From: an uncultured Spirochaetaceae bacterium
GTDB taxonomy: Bacteria; Spirochaetota; Spirochaetia; Treponematales; Treponemataceae
DNA length: 64,000 bases
Direction: 5' to 3'
Assembly (NCBI GenBank): GCA_902802305.1
Contig: CADCLG010000020.1
Location: 10,335-74,334 of the forward strand
Part shown: piece by piece, positions 16,624 through 26,720 of the stretch
Position numbering within the stretch: the stretch's first letter is position 1
Layout: each line of letters opens with the position of its first letter
The notes under the pieces: generated by a model
The model's database searches: none
What the model was told of the DNA's origin: nothing
What the model saw: only the letters and a program-made list of their open reading frames with translations
Made by a program: the position numbers and the translations under genes

Positions 16624-17823
16624 ATGGCAGAAATAAAAGTTCCATTTCACAGGGCCTCAATCACAAAAGCAGAAGAAGATGCTGTTCTTGATGTATTACG
16701 CTCCGGCTGGCTTACAACAGGAAAATATGCCCTTGAGTTTGAAAAGAAGTTCAGTAAAGCCCTTGGTGATGAAAGCATTATCAGTCTTGCGGTTAATTCA
16801 AACACTTCTGGAATGGTACTTGCAATGGAAGCCTGTGGTGTAAAAGAAGGAACTGCTGTCATAACTACTCCCTACACTTTTGTTTCAACTGCCGCCTGTG
16901 CAAGAACCTTAAATGCAGATGTGTATTTTGCCGATATCGAAAAGGATTCCTACAATATTGACCCGGCAAAAATTGAAGAAATATTAAAGCGTGATGCAGA
17001 AAATGGTCATAAGGTAAGAGCAATTGTTCCAGTTCATGTTGCCGGAAATGTCTGTAAAATGAAAGAGATTCTGGCACTTGCAAAAAAATACAGCACAAAA
17101 GACAATAAAATCTATGTAATCGAAGATGCCGCCCATGCCTTTCCATCTCCTACAAAATTAGGATATGCCGGAGCAATCGGAGATATCGGCGTTTTTTCTT
17201 TTTATGTAACAAAAACAATTACAACAGCAGAAGGCGGAATGGTATGCACCCGCAATGCAGAACTTGCAAAAAGAATGTCGGTAATGCGTATGCATGGAAT
17301 GGACAGAACAACCTGGAACCGCTACACTTCGCCAAAAGCTTCCTGGGAATATGATATAATTGCGCCCGGCTATAAGTTTAATCTTCCGGATATTCTTGCT
17401 GCTCTGGGTTGCTGCCAGGTTGATAGAGCAACTCTTTTTTACCAGCAGAGAAAAGCCGTAGTCGATAAATATAATGAAGCTTTCAAGGATTTGGATTTTA
17501 TCACCCTGCCACCAGACGGCGAAGGCAATGCCTGGCATCTTTATTTAATGCGCATTAATCCTGACAAACTCACAATCACCCGGGAAGACTTTGCAAAAAA
17601 AATGCAGGCTGCTGGACTCGGTATTTCAGTTCACTTTATTCCAATTTTCCATTTTACTTACTGGAAAAAGCTTTACAAGGATTTTACTGCAGAAAATTAT
17701 CCTAACGCCGAAGAGCAATATTCAAGGACAATTTCTATTCCACTTTTTCCTGATATGACGGATGAAATGACTGAATATGTAATAGATACAGTTACAAAAA
17801 TAGGAAGAGAAAATCATGCCTAG
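16624..17823 (+). CDS. DegT/DnrJ/EryC1/StrS PLP-dependent sugar aminotransferase
   Basis: SGWLTTG, IEDAAHA and FSFYVTKTITTAEGGM motifs; ATG at 16624 after AAGGA. Confidence 0.94.
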   Translation: MAEIKVPFHRASITKAEEDAVLDVLRSGWLTTGKYALEFEKKFSKALGDESIISLAVNSNTSGMVLAMEACGVKEGTAVITTPYTFVSTAACARTLNADVYFADIEKDSYNIDPAKIEEILKRDAENGHKVRAIVPVHVAGNVCKMKEILALAKKYSTKDNKIYVIEDAAHAFPSPTKLGYAGAIGDIGVFSFYVTKTITTAEGGMVCTRNAELAKRMSVMRMHGMDRTTWNRYTSPKASWEYDIIAPGYKFNLPDILAALGCCQVDRATLFYQQRKAVVDKYNEAFKDLDFITLPPDGEGNAWHLYLMRINPDKLTITREDFAKKMQAAGLGISVHFIPIFHFTYWKKLYKDFTAENYPNAEEQYSRTISIPLFPDMTDEMTEYVIDTVTKIGRENHA

Positions 17824-20152
17824 AAAAAATAATACCAAGAACAAAACCCGTTCCCTCAAGGCAGAAGGCTTTTACAGCGACTGCACAAAAGAAGGAACCT
17901 TATATGCAGCTTTGGTTAGAAGCCCAGCATCTACCGGTAAAATTAAAAGCATAGTTCTACAGGATATTCCAGATGGTTATTATCTTTTTACTGCAAAGGA
18001 TATTCCTGGTAAAAAAGAACTGGAAATCAATAAATCAAAACAGAAAATATTCGGGCATGGTGCAGTTGCATACAGTGGGGAACCGATTGCAATTATCGCC
18101 GGTCCTGATGAAAAAGTTGTAAATGAACTGCTTACAAAAGTTTCTGTCAATTTTGATATAGAATCTCTGGAAGCCGCCTTGAACAACGCAATGAAACAGC
18201 AAAGAAGAGTTACTGTAAATCTTAATGCCAATCAGGATTTATCAGCCTTTGTTTCAGAAATCAATAATCTTCCATCGCTTGATACAGTTTTGGACAGGAC
18301 CCACATTGAATCTTTTACACAGGAAACTCTTGCAACCCGCGAAATAAAAACAGGATTATTTAATGAGCTTTCTGTTGAAGAAGCAAACGCAAATCTTTTT
18401 AAGGAAGATAAGGACACTATAGTCACAGCAGAAACCTGGGAAGAAATCCTTTCTGATCCTTCCTGGCAGGAAACCAGCGGTGCCTTTGTTTATATGGACA
18501 ATAAAAATCTTCATATTTATGCACCTACAAAATGGACAGGTTTTGCAATGAAGACAGTAAGCGAATGTCTGAATATTCCTTTGGAAAACATTTTTGTTCA
18601 TAAAACAAAGGGAACTGGAGTTTATGCCCGCGGCTTATGGAGAACCACACAGATTATTGTTCAAGTTGCCCTTGCGAGCCTGCTTACTGGTAAACCGGTA
18701 AAGCTTGTTTTATCACAGAAAGAACAGGATGTGTTCTTAATGCCGGGTATAAATACAAAAATCTTTTACGAAACTGCAATGACAAAAAATGGAGATATAA
18801 AAGCTTTATCTGCAAATATCGACATTGATGTTGGAGCTTGGAATCCTTTTGCAAAAGAAATTGTTGACCGTTTTTCTATTGCAGCCTGCAATTATTACAG
18901 AATCTCTAATGTTCATATTTATACTCATGCGCATACTTCAAAAAATCCGCCGTCATCAATCTGTCTAAAAAGTATAGACTCGCAGGTATTTTTTGCCATA
19001 GAAAATCAGATTCAAAAATTAAGCAATCAGTCGCAGTTATTTCCAGATGAATTACGTTTAATTAACAAGAAAAAAAAGGTCGACTATCCAATTATCATTC
19101 CAAACGATTCAATTTTTCAGACAATGGCACAGGCAATAAAAATAAGTGATTTCAACAGAAAATATGCATCGTTTAATATGGATGCCATAAATCGTATTCA
19201 AAAAAACAGCAATCCATTTTTTGCCCTGCCTTTAAGAGGAATTGGAATTGCAACCGCCTATAACGCCCCTGATTTTTACGGAACATCAACCTTTTTTAGC
19301 AATCCAAAAATTGAAGTTACAATGACTTCAAAAGATAAGGTAATCATTCACGCCCTTACACCTTCTGAAATTATTCAGAATATTTGGAAGGAAACAGCCT
19401 CTTCAATTCTACAGATTGATAAAGAAAACATTGAAATTGATTCAAATTATACGCTCGAAGATATTCCAGAATATCCGGAAGATATGTTCAGTACAATTGG
19501 AACTTTAAATGAGCTTATACGACGTGCCTGTATGGATATTCAAAAAAAACGCTTTCATCAGCCGCTTCCTATTACTTCTAAAAAAACTCTAACTTCAGCA
19601 GCTAAAAAAAATTGGGATAAAGACAATTTCTGTGGAAGTCCTTTTGCAACACCTTCTTTTGCAACCTGCATTGTAGAAGTTGAGCTTGATACTTACACCT
19701 ACAACGAAAAAATAAAGGGTATCTGGCTGGTTGCTGATTGCGGTGAAGTTTTTGATGAAGAGATTGCTATCCACAGCCTTAAACTCGAAATCCAGCAGGA
19801 GCTTTCAATGCTTGTAGAAGGAAAAACTGTTCCTTATGAAAACTGCACGGTTGAGTTCATAAAATCAAAAAATAAATCAGGACAGATGAGTTCTCTGGTA
19901 CACAACACCCTTCCGGCTGCTTTTTCCTGTGCCCTTTCCCTTGCTCTGGCAACACAGCTTACAAAGCTTCCTTGTACAGAAAATCAGATTTTTGAACTGA
20001 TTAAAGACAGAGAAACAGCTGCTTCTTTGGAAAATACTTCTTTGGAAACTTCTTCTTTGGAAAATGATACAGAAGAAGCTTTTGATAACACTGAAATTGA
20101 TGTTACAGAAAAGGGTGAGACTGAAATTGGTGTAAATAAGGAGAGCAAATGA
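17816..20152 (+). CDS. Xanthine dehydrogenase/CoxL-like large subunit with degenerate Mo-cofactor motifs
   Basis: Hammerhead N-terminus (LYAALVRSP..GKIKSI..TAKDIPG..YSGEPIAII); TGKPVKL, FAIE..PDELRLIN, RGIGIA and VEVELD motifs. Confidence 0.85.
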   Translation: MPRKNNTKNKTRSLKAEGFYSDCTKEGTLYAALVRSPASTGKIKSIVLQDIPDGYYLFTAKDIPGKKELEINKSKQKIFGHGAVAYSGEPIAIIAGPDEKVVNELLTKVSVNFDIESLEAALNNAMKQQRRVTVNLNANQDLSAFVSEINNLPSLDTVLDRTHIESFTQETLATREIKTGLFNELSVEEANANLFKEDKDTIVTAETWEEILSDPSWQETSGAFVYMDNKNLHIYAPTKWTGFAMKTVSECLNIPLENIFVHKTKGTGVYARGLWRTTQIIVQVALASLLTGKPVKLVLSQKEQDVFLMPGINTKIFYETAMTKNGDIKALSANIDIDVGAWNPFAKEIVDRFSIAACNYYRISNVHIYTHAHTSKNPPSSICLKSIDSQVFFAIENQIQKLSNQSQLFPDELRLINKKKKVDYPIIIPNDSIFQTMAQAIKISDFNRKYASFNMDAINRIQKNSNPFFALPLRGIGIATAYNAPDFYGTSTFFSNPKIEVTMTSKDKVIIHALTPSEIIQNIWKETASSILQIDKENIEIDSNYTLEDIPEYPEDMFSTIGTLNELIRRACMDIQKKRFHQPLPITSKKTLTSAAKKNWDKDNFCGSPFATPSFATCIVEVELDTYTYNEKIKGIWLVADCGEVFDEEIAIHSLKLEIQQELSMLVEGKTVPYENCTVEFIKSKNKSGQMSSLVHNTLPAAFSCALSLALATQLTKLPCTENQIFELIKDRETAASLENTSLETSSLENDTEEAFDNTEIDVTEKGETEIGVNKESK

Positions 20153-20643
20153 ATATTTCTGTAATTCTGAATGGTAAAAAAACAATTCTAGAAGCAGCGC
20201 CTGATGATTCTCTTATGAAGGTTCTTAGGAATCAGTCTTTAACTACAGTAAAATGCGGCTGTAATTCTGGTCTTTGCGGTTCCTGCACAGTTCTTTTGGA
20301 TGATAAACCAGTTGCTTCCTGCAAAATCCCGATTGGAATCATAAATAATTCAGAAATCGAAACTCTTGAATATTTTATGAACACAAAAGATTATGAAATC
20401 ATAATGAAAGGCTTTGATTTGGCAAACATAAAACTGTGCGGTTACTGCAATGCCGGCAAAATCTTTTGTGCTTATCAAATCTTAAAAAAAAATAAAATCC
20501 CTAGCCGCGAGCAGATTTTAAATCAGATAAAAACTCTTTCTCCCTGCTGTACTGATATAAATACGCTTGCAAATGGAATTATTTATGCCTATGAAATAAA
20601 GGATAAAGGCTATGCAACTTCTATAAAAAGGCGGGACAAGTAA
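20149..20643 (+). CDS. XDH/CoxS-like [2Fe-2S] subunit
   Basis: KCGCNSGLCGSCTVLLD..ASC and CGYC motifs. Confidence 0.9.
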   Translation: MNISVILNGKKTILEAAPDDSLMKVLRNQSLTTVKCGCNSGLCGSCTVLLDDKPVASCKIPIGIINNSEIETLEYFMNTKDYEIIMKGFDLANIKLCGYCNAGKIFCAYQILKKNKIPSREQILNQIKTLSPCCTDINTLANGIIYAYEIKDKGYATSIKRRDK

Positions 20644-21437
20644 TGAAATCGGTTTTATTTGCTAAAAATATAAATGATCTTTTAACTCAGCTTAAAAATA
20701 ATCAGGGCTTGCAGTTGGTTGGCGGTTGTACTGGTATAGATGTTCTGCCCGACAAAAGTATATCTACACATGGTATAAAGGAGCTTGCCCAGATAGAACT
20801 GCATGAGCGCTACATTCAGATTGGACCAGGCGCTACTTTGGAAGACATTATAAATCTTGGCCGCAATCATATTCCTTCGGTTCTTTATGAAGCTCTTGTT
20901 TCAATTGCAAATCCTATGATACGAAACATGGCAACAATCGGCGGAAATATTTGTTCCATGCAGCACAAATGTACTTTGTATGCTCCCCTGCTCGCTCTGG
21001 AAACAAAGCTTGAGTTCAAGAGTTTTTCAGAAACAATTGTTGAATCCTTGCAAAAATTTAAAAAAGTACCGGATGGATTTGTACTCTCAAATATCCGCGT
21101 GCCTTTGATGGATGAAGACATTTCAGTTTTCAGAAGAATCGGTTCAGAAAATAAAATAACAGAAACTTCGGCCTCTTATGCATTTATTGCAAATACAGAA
21201 AAAAATATCATTATAGAAATAAAACTGGCACTGGCAGGCCCCATTGCTTTCAAAAGCAAAAGCATTGAAAATCAGCTGATTGGACACAGACTTCCGCTTT
21301 CTGTCAAAGATATTGATGTAATTCAAGATAAAATATATCAAGAATTCAATGAAGCAACTGCCAATCAGATGATAAGCAATGTACTCAAACAGCAGTTTTT
21401 GAATCTTACGCGATACAGTTTTGAGCAGTTGACCTAA
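20643..21437 (+). CDS. XDH/CoxM-like FAD-binding subunit
   Basis: VGGCT, IGPGATL and IRNMATIGGNI motifs. Confidence 0.88.
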   Translation: MKSVLFAKNINDLLTQLKNNQGLQLVGGCTGIDVLPDKSISTHGIKELAQIELHERYIQIGPGATLEDIINLGRNHIPSVLYEALVSIANPMIRNMATIGGNICSMQHKCTLYAPLLALETKLEFKSFSETIVESLQKFKKVPDGFVLSNIRVPLMDEDISVFRRIGSENKITETSASYAFIANTEKNIIIEIKLALAGPIAFKSKSIENQLIGHRLPLSVKDIDVIQDKIYQEFNEATANQMISNVLKQQFLNLTRYSFEQLT

Positions 21438-21442
21438 GCAAA

Positions 21443-22483
21443 TTATTTCAGCAGAGTGCAGTCTCCATAACTGAAAAATCTGTATTTATTTTCCACAGCA
21501 ATTTTATAGGCATTAAGAATGTGCTCACGTCCTGCAAAGGCAGAAACAAGCATAATCAGGGTGCTTTCCGGCGTGTGGAAATTTGTAAACATCTGGTCGA
21601 TTACCTTAAATTTATAGCCCGGATACATAAAAATATGAGTACTACTTGTACCCGCTGTAACAAGGCCTGCTTCATCAGCTGCGCTTTCAAGGGTTCGCAC
21701 GCTGGTGGTACCGACTGCAAGAATAGGACGTCCTTCTGCTTTTGCACGATTGATTTTTTCAGCAGTTTCCACAGGAATTGTAAAAACTTCCTCATGCATT
21801 TTGTGATTTTCAATATTTTCTTCACGAACAGGAAGGAAGGTTCCCAATCCTACGTGCAAGGTTACAAAACAGCGTTCAATCCCTTTGGCATCAAGGCGGG
21901 CAAGCATTTCTTCTGTAAAATGAAGGCCTGCTGTAGGACATGCCGCACTACCAACTTCCTTTGAATAAACATTCTGATAACGCTCGCTGTCTTCCTCTGT
22001 ATCTTCACGGCGGATATAAGGAGGAAGCGGAATATGGCCGTTTGTTTCAAACCAGTCTTCGCTGATTGCAAAATCAAATTTTAAAGCACGGAATTCTGTT
22101 CCTTCATTACCAGGCCAGTCAATAATTTGAGCTATAGTTCCATCTGGAAATTTATAATTCATGCCAAGTTTCTGCTTTTTTGCATTTTTGACCATTACAT
22201 TCCAGACCAGGCAATCCTTATCAATCTGATTCAAAAACATAAATTCAACTTCACGACCAGTTGTTTCTTTAATTCCGTAAACTCTGGCACGTCTAACTCT
22301 TGAATTATTAAAAACCATCAAAGTATCAGGTGTAATCAAAGAAGGTAAATCATCCATCATGTGGTGCTCAACTTCACCAGTCTGGCGGCTAATAACCATA
22401 AGTTTATCCTGACCTCGAACTCCACTTGGATGTTGTGCTATAAGTTCTTCCGGTAATTCAAAATTAAAATCAGATGTTTTCAT
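21443..22483 (-). CDS. queA: S-adenosylmethionine:tRNA ribosyltransferase-isomerase
   Basis: DFNFELPEELIAQ, PLPPYI, PTAGLHFT, VGTTSVR, TNFHTP and FFSYGD motifs. Confidence 0.98.
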   Translation of the reverse strand: MKTSDFNFELPEELIAQHPSGVRGQDKLMVISRQTGEVEHHMMDDLPSLITPDTLMVFNNSRVRRARVYGIKETTGREVEFMFLNQIDKDCLVWNVMVKNAKKQKLGMNYKFPDGTIAQIIDWPGNEGTEFRALKFDFAISEDWFETNGHIPLPPYIRREDTEEDSERYQNVYSKEVGSAACPTAGLHFTEEMLARLDAKGIERCFVTLHVGLGTFLPVREENIENHKMHEEVFTIPVETAEKINRAKAEGRPILAVGTTSVRTLESAADEAGLVTAGTSSTHIFMYPGYKFKVIDQMFTNFHTPESTLIMLVSAFAGREHILNAYKIAVENKYRFFSYGDCTLLK

Positions 22484-22524
22484 ATAATCCTCGAAAATAG
22501 ACTAAAATAACTATACTAAAATTA

Positions 22525-23565
22525 TTAAAATAAGGTTCCCTGGGCGGAATTATTATCGCTTGCTTTTAGACCAAGATGCTCATAAGCCTTTGCAGTAACA
22601 ATTCTTCCGCGAGGAGTACGCTGTAAAAGTCCACATTGAATCAAATAGGGCTCATAATAATCTTCCAGAGTATCCATACTTTCGCCAATAGAAATAGCAA
22701 GGGTTTCTGCCCCTACAGGACCACCGCCAAAGTTTTGAATTATTGAAAGAAGTATTTCTCTGTCATATTTTTCAAGTCCCATTTCATCAATATCAAGTTT
22801 TTTAAGACCTGAATCAACAATATCAACAGTTATAAGCCCCTTTCCTTCCACCTGTGCAAAGTCACGCATACGGCGGAGAACACGGTTTGCAACACGGGGA
22901 GTTCCACGACAACACTGAGCAAGAAGAAGTGCCGCATCTTTTTCTATCTGAACATTTAAAATCCCGGCTGAACGGGTTATGATTTTTGCAAGCTCTTCAT
23001 GAGTATAAAACTCAAAACGTGGAATAAAACCAAAGCGGGACCGCAAGGGACTTGAAACGCTCCCGGCCTTCGTCGTCGCTCCAATCAAAGTGAAGGGCGG
23101 AATCGGGATACGTACAGTGCGAGCGGCTGCGCCCTGTCCAATTATCCAGTCCAGCTCAAAATCTTCCATTGCAATATAAAGCATTTCTTCGATTGCTGGT
23201 TTTAAGCGGTGGATTTCGTCTATAAAAAATACAGTACGCTCGGTAATTGTACTCAAAATGCCGGCTAAATCTTTTGGCTTTTCGAGAGCTGGGGCGGAAG
23301 TCACCTTAAAATCTACGCCAAGCTCATTTGCTGTAATTTGTGCCAAAGTCGTTTTTCCAAGTCCAGGTGGTCCTATCAAAAGAAGGTGATCCAATGGTTC
23401 ACTTCGCTGGCGGGCTGCTTCTATAAAAGTTTTGAGATTCTTTTTTATTCCTTCCTGACCTAAAAAATCCTGCAAAAGATGAGGTCTTAGGGATGAATCA
23501 TTTTCATCAAATCTGCTTGAAATATCAGCGCGTACAATAGCAGAAAAATCTTCGTCTTCGTTCAT
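22525..23565 (-). CDS. ruvB: Holliday junction branch migration helicase RuvB
   Basis: [23 protein letters not shown] and RTPRGR motifs. Confidence 0.99.
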   Translation of the reverse strand: MNEDEDFSAIVRADISSRFDENDSSLRPHLLQDFLGQEGIKKNLKTFIEAARQRSEPLDHLLLIGPPGLGKTTLAQITANELGVDFKVTSAPALEKPKDLAGILSTITERTVFFIDEIHRLKPAIEEMLYIAMEDFELDWIIGQGAAARTVRIPIPPFTLIGATTKAGSVSSPLRSRFGFIPRFEFYTHEELAKIITRSAGILNVQIEKDAALLLAQCCRGTPRVANRVLRRMRDFAQVEGKGLITVDIVDSGLKKLDIDEMGLEKYDREILLSIIQNFGGGPVGAETLAISIGESMDTLEDYYEPYLIQCGLLQRTPRGRIVTAKAYEHLGLKASDNNSAQGTLF

Positions 23566-23582
23566 AAAAACACCCCAAAAAA

Positions 23583-24197
23583 TTATGCAAGTTCAACAAT
23601 TGCACGTCTGAATATTAAATCTTCTTTTTCTTTCTGAGATTTACCTTCAAAGCCCGAATCAGAAGAAAGTACCGTAACTAAATCGCTGATCTTTTGTTCA
23701 ACAACTTTTTTATCATAGCCCATGCTTACAAGGGAAGTGATTACATCTGAATAAGGACTGCTGACAGCAACTCTGACAACCTTTGTATTTTCACTGATTG
23801 TAAGCTTTCCTTTTAGGGCAAGCATCATTTTACCGGCTGTTTTTTTACCAACCCCTGGAATCTTTTCCAGCATTTCGATGTCACCCTTTTCCAGAACTTC
23901 CATAAGACGACCACTGCTTACAGAGCTCATAATCTTTAATGCTCCCTTTGCACCAATTCCGTCAACCTTAAGCAAATCTAAAAAGACAGAGCGTTCTTCA
24001 TTACTGGCAAAACCATAAAGGGCCATAAGCATATCGGTGTGCTGCAGCCAGGTATAAACTTTTGCTTCAGTACCGACAGGCCCCAGCATATCAAGATTTG
24101 AATCCGGCATACAGATATCCCATTCAATTCCGCTGTTTTCTATAAAAAGCTGTTTGGGAAACTTCCCGGTGATTGTTCCAGTTATTGAATTAAACAT
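23583..24197 (-). CDS. ruvA: Holliday junction branch migration protein RuvA
   Basis: LYGF, VDGIGAK and IPGVGKKTA HhH motifs; adjacent to ruvB. Confidence 0.97.
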   Translation of the reverse strand: MFNSITGTITGKFPKQLFIENSGIEWDICMPDSNLDMLGPVGTEAKVYTWLQHTDMLMALYGFASNEERSVFLDLLKVDGIGAKGALKIMSSVSSGRLMEVLEKGDIEMLEKIPGVGKKTAGKMMLALKGKLTISENTKVVRVAVSSPYSDVITSLVSMGYDKKVVEQKISDLVTVLSSDSGFEGKSQKEKEDLIFRRAIVELA

Positions 24198-24235
24198 ATT
24201 ACTATTCTAGCAGAAAAAAGCTTATACTTCAATTT

Positions 24236-24802
24236 CTAAGAGATTGAGTGAGATTGAGCATAATGAAGATGAGTGATTGCCCCCGCCAAAGCATCTGCTG
24301 CATGATCTGGATGAGGTTCTGTTTTCAAGCCCAGAAGGATTTTTACATAACGTTCTACCAGCTCTTTATCGGCATTTGCGGTTCCAGTTACTGCCTGTTT
24401 TATTTGATTTGGAGAATATTCGCCAAGTGGGATACAATGCTGGGCAAGACATAAAGTTACAACCCCGCGAGCTTCTGCTACTCCCATTGCACTTGAAACA
24501 TTGCGGGCAAAATATAAGGTTTCCATGCCAGCTTCGTCTGGTTCAAACTCAGAAATAATTGCACAAAGTCTGTTATAAATAGTAAGAAGCCGCTCGCCAT
24601 GTGGTCTGTCAGATTTTGTTGTGATGCAACCGTAACTGACCATTCTGTATCGCCCATCATAAAAATCTACAAGACCAAAACCAGTATTTGCAAGGCCCGG
24701 GTCAATTCCTAAAACACGACGAACCTTTTTTCTATTTGGTGAAGAAGAATTAGTTTGCAGAGAACCAGGCAATGGTTCTAAAGGGCTATTTTCGTTATTC
24801 AT
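24236..24802 (-). CDS. ruvC: Crossover junction endodeoxyribonuclease RuvC
   Basis: LGIDPGL, EARGV, IKQAVTG and DHAADAL motifs. Confidence 0.97.
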   Translation of the reverse strand: MNNENSPLEPLPGSLQTNSSSPNRKKVRRVLGIDPGLANTGFGLVDFYDGRYRMVSYGCITTKSDRPHGERLLTIYNRLCAIISEFEPDEAGMETLYFARNVSSAMGVAEARGVVTLCLAQHCIPLGEYSPNQIKQAVTGTANADKELVERYVKILLGLKTEPHPDHAADALAGAITHLHYAQSHSIS

Positions 24803-24827
24803 TACTAACTTCCAGGAAAGAAAGCAT

Positions 24828-24867
24828 AAAAAAAACCTGCCGCAATCAGGTGAAAGCCAGCAGGTTT
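24828..24867 (-). terminator. Possible terminator between yebC and ruvC
   Basis: aaaaaaaacctgc...gcaggttt; T-run follows the stem on the minus strand. Confidence 0.5.
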
Positions 24868-24967
24868 GTATTTATATATGTGACTGATAAAAAATGTTCA
24901 TAATATTCGCATTTTTCTTCTATTCACACGTTCGTAAGTTCTTGCGCAACTGCTCAGAATTTACTCA

Positions 24968-25711
24968 CTATTCTTCAATCTCGAAGTCATCTGGATATTC
25001 AGCAGTGTGGTATACGTTCTGAACATCATCGTTGTCTTCAAGCTTATCAATCATCTTCTGAACTTTTGCAGCTGTATCTTTATCAACTGGAGTATAAGCA
25101 TCTGGAACCATTCCTACATCAGCAGAAAGTGTTTCAAATCCTTTTTCTGCAAGAGCATCAGCAACAGCAGTAAATGCATCTGGAGTAGTTGTAACAGTAA
25201 TAACTCCGTCTTCATTTACGATATCATCAGCACCAGCTTCCAAAGCAACTTCCATTACTTCATCTTCGCTTACTTTTTCAGCATCAAGTTCGATTGTACC
25301 TTTGCGCTGGAACATACGAGATACAGAACCAGAAGTTCCAAGGTTTCCGCCGTTCTTTGTGAAGATATTGCGGATATCAGAAGCAGCACGGTTCTTGTTA
25401 TCTGTAAGAACTTCAACCATTACTGCAACTCCACCAGGAGCGTATCCTTCGTAAACCAATTCTTCGTAAGATGTTGCGCCGTCTTCACCAGTACCCTTTT
25501 TGATAGCTCTTTCAATGTTATCCTTAGGCATGTTTGCTGCACGAGCTTTAATGATTACAGTACGAAGGCGTGGATTAGCATTTGGATCTCCACCACCCAT
25601 ACGAGCAGCAATAGAAATTTCCTTAATGAATTTTGTAAAAATCTTACCACGTTTTGCATCGGCCAAACCCTTTGCATGTTTAATGGTGGCCCATTTACTA
25701 TGTCCTGACAT
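24968..25711 (-). CDS. yebC: YebC/PmpR family protein
   Basis: MSGHSKWATIKH, NMPKDNIERAI, YEGY, TDNKNR and DDVQNVY motifs. Confidence 0.97.
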   Translation of the reverse strand: MSGHSKWATIKHAKGLADAKRGKIFTKFIKEISIAARMGGGDPNANPRLRTVIIKARAANMPKDNIERAIKKGTGEDGATSYEELVYEGYAPGGVAVMVEVLTDNKNRAASDIRNIFTKNGGNLGTSGSVSRMFQRKGTIELDAEKVSEDEVMEVALEAGADDIVNEDGVITVTTTPDAFTAVADALAEKGFETLSADVGMVPDAYTPVDKDTAAKVQKMIDKLEDNDDVQNVYHTAEYPDDFEIEE

Positions 25712-25869
25712 AGGAACTCCTTATATTTATTTAAAATTTTCCAAAATGATTATAATAATTTATCACAAAATAAAAAGTTGTTCAATATATTAGAAATCTT
25801 TTATATTTCTTTGAAAACTCTACTTTTTTTTGCAATTTTCAGGCCATTACAGTCGAAAGTTCTGTAAAT

Positions 25870-26385
25870 TTATTTCTTCCAGTGGTCGTAAGGCAGACCG
25901 GATAGTTTTGTTTCCATAAGAACATTGTTTTTATAAATAACCTTGAGCGAAAAAAAAGGATGATTTTCAGCCAGAAAATCATAAAAAATTTCATCAGCCG
26001 GCCAGTGGGGAATTTCTTTGAGCTTTGAAATCGGAAGCCATTCAAGTTCACCTTCACTACAATCCTTCAAAAGCTGACCGGAAAAAGTTCTAGTTCTGAA
26101 AATATGCATAAATTCGGTGTAAACTTCTGGCTTACTTTCATCAATAAAAGTAACAATTCCGCAATATTCAAGATTTTCAGGAAGAATTGTCAACCCGGTT
26201 TCTTCATTAACTTCACGAATTACACAATCTTCTGGTGACTCCCCGTTTTCAAATTTTCCGCCGATTCCAATCCATTTATCATGATTATAATCATTTTCTT
26301 TTTTAGTACGGTGAAGCATGAGATAACAATTATCTTTTTCTATATAACAAAGGCTTGTATTTACAAGGGTTTTCATTTTTTGCAT
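25870..26385 (-). CDS. NUDIX hydrolase (MutT/MutX-like 8-oxo-dGTPase)
   Basis: KWIGIGGKFENGESPEDCVIREVNEETGL Nudix box; EGELEW. Confidence 0.92.
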   Translation of the reverse strand: MQKMKTLVNTSLCYIEKDNCYLMLHRTKKENDYNHDKWIGIGGKFENGESPEDCVIREVNEETGLTILPENLEYCGIVTFIDESKPEVYTEFMHIFRTRTFSGQLLKDCSEGELEWLPISKLKEIPHWPADEIFYDFLAENHPFFSLKVIYKNNVLMETKLSGLPYDHWKK

Positions 26386-26491
26386 GATTTATCTTAACAG
26401 AAAATGGAGTTAATAACTATATATCTTCTATATCAAGTCAATGCAAAACGCATTCAAATGAATATATGAAAAATTGACTTATAGGAGTGAA

Positions 26492-26599
26492 ATTAGTTTT
26501 GCGAAACCGCAGTCTCGACTGCTAGACGCTGAAGTGCCTTGTAATTATATATTTTGCCGCTATAGCGGCAGCACTTCAGAGTCTTTTCGCAAAAATAAT
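26492..26599. ncRNA. Candidate structured RNA or miniature repeat element
   Basis: Nested stems ttttgcgaaa/tttcgcaaaa, gcagtc/gactgc, agac.ctgaagtgc/gcacttcag.gtct and tgccgc/gcggca in otherwise AT-rich intergenic DNA. Confidence 0.5.
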
Positions 26600-26720
26600 C
26601 ATTTTAATACAATTGTCAGAATATCTTTATCAACTATTATGATTTCTAATCATTTTATTTCCACAAATCAGATTTTATGCATTATAATTATATTTATCAT
26701 CAAGCTTAGGAGATACATAT

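Noticed and set aside
20022..20065. 3 x 15-bp repeat (tctttggaaa..) near the end of the XDH-like gene
   Set aside because: In-frame low-complexity tail (SLENT/SLETS/SLEND); ordinary slippage
25007..25708. 233-aa ORF antisense to yebC, and similar long shadow ORFs over pnp, ftsA and ftsZ
   Set aside because: Antisense shadows of highly biased conserved genes with no protein motifs
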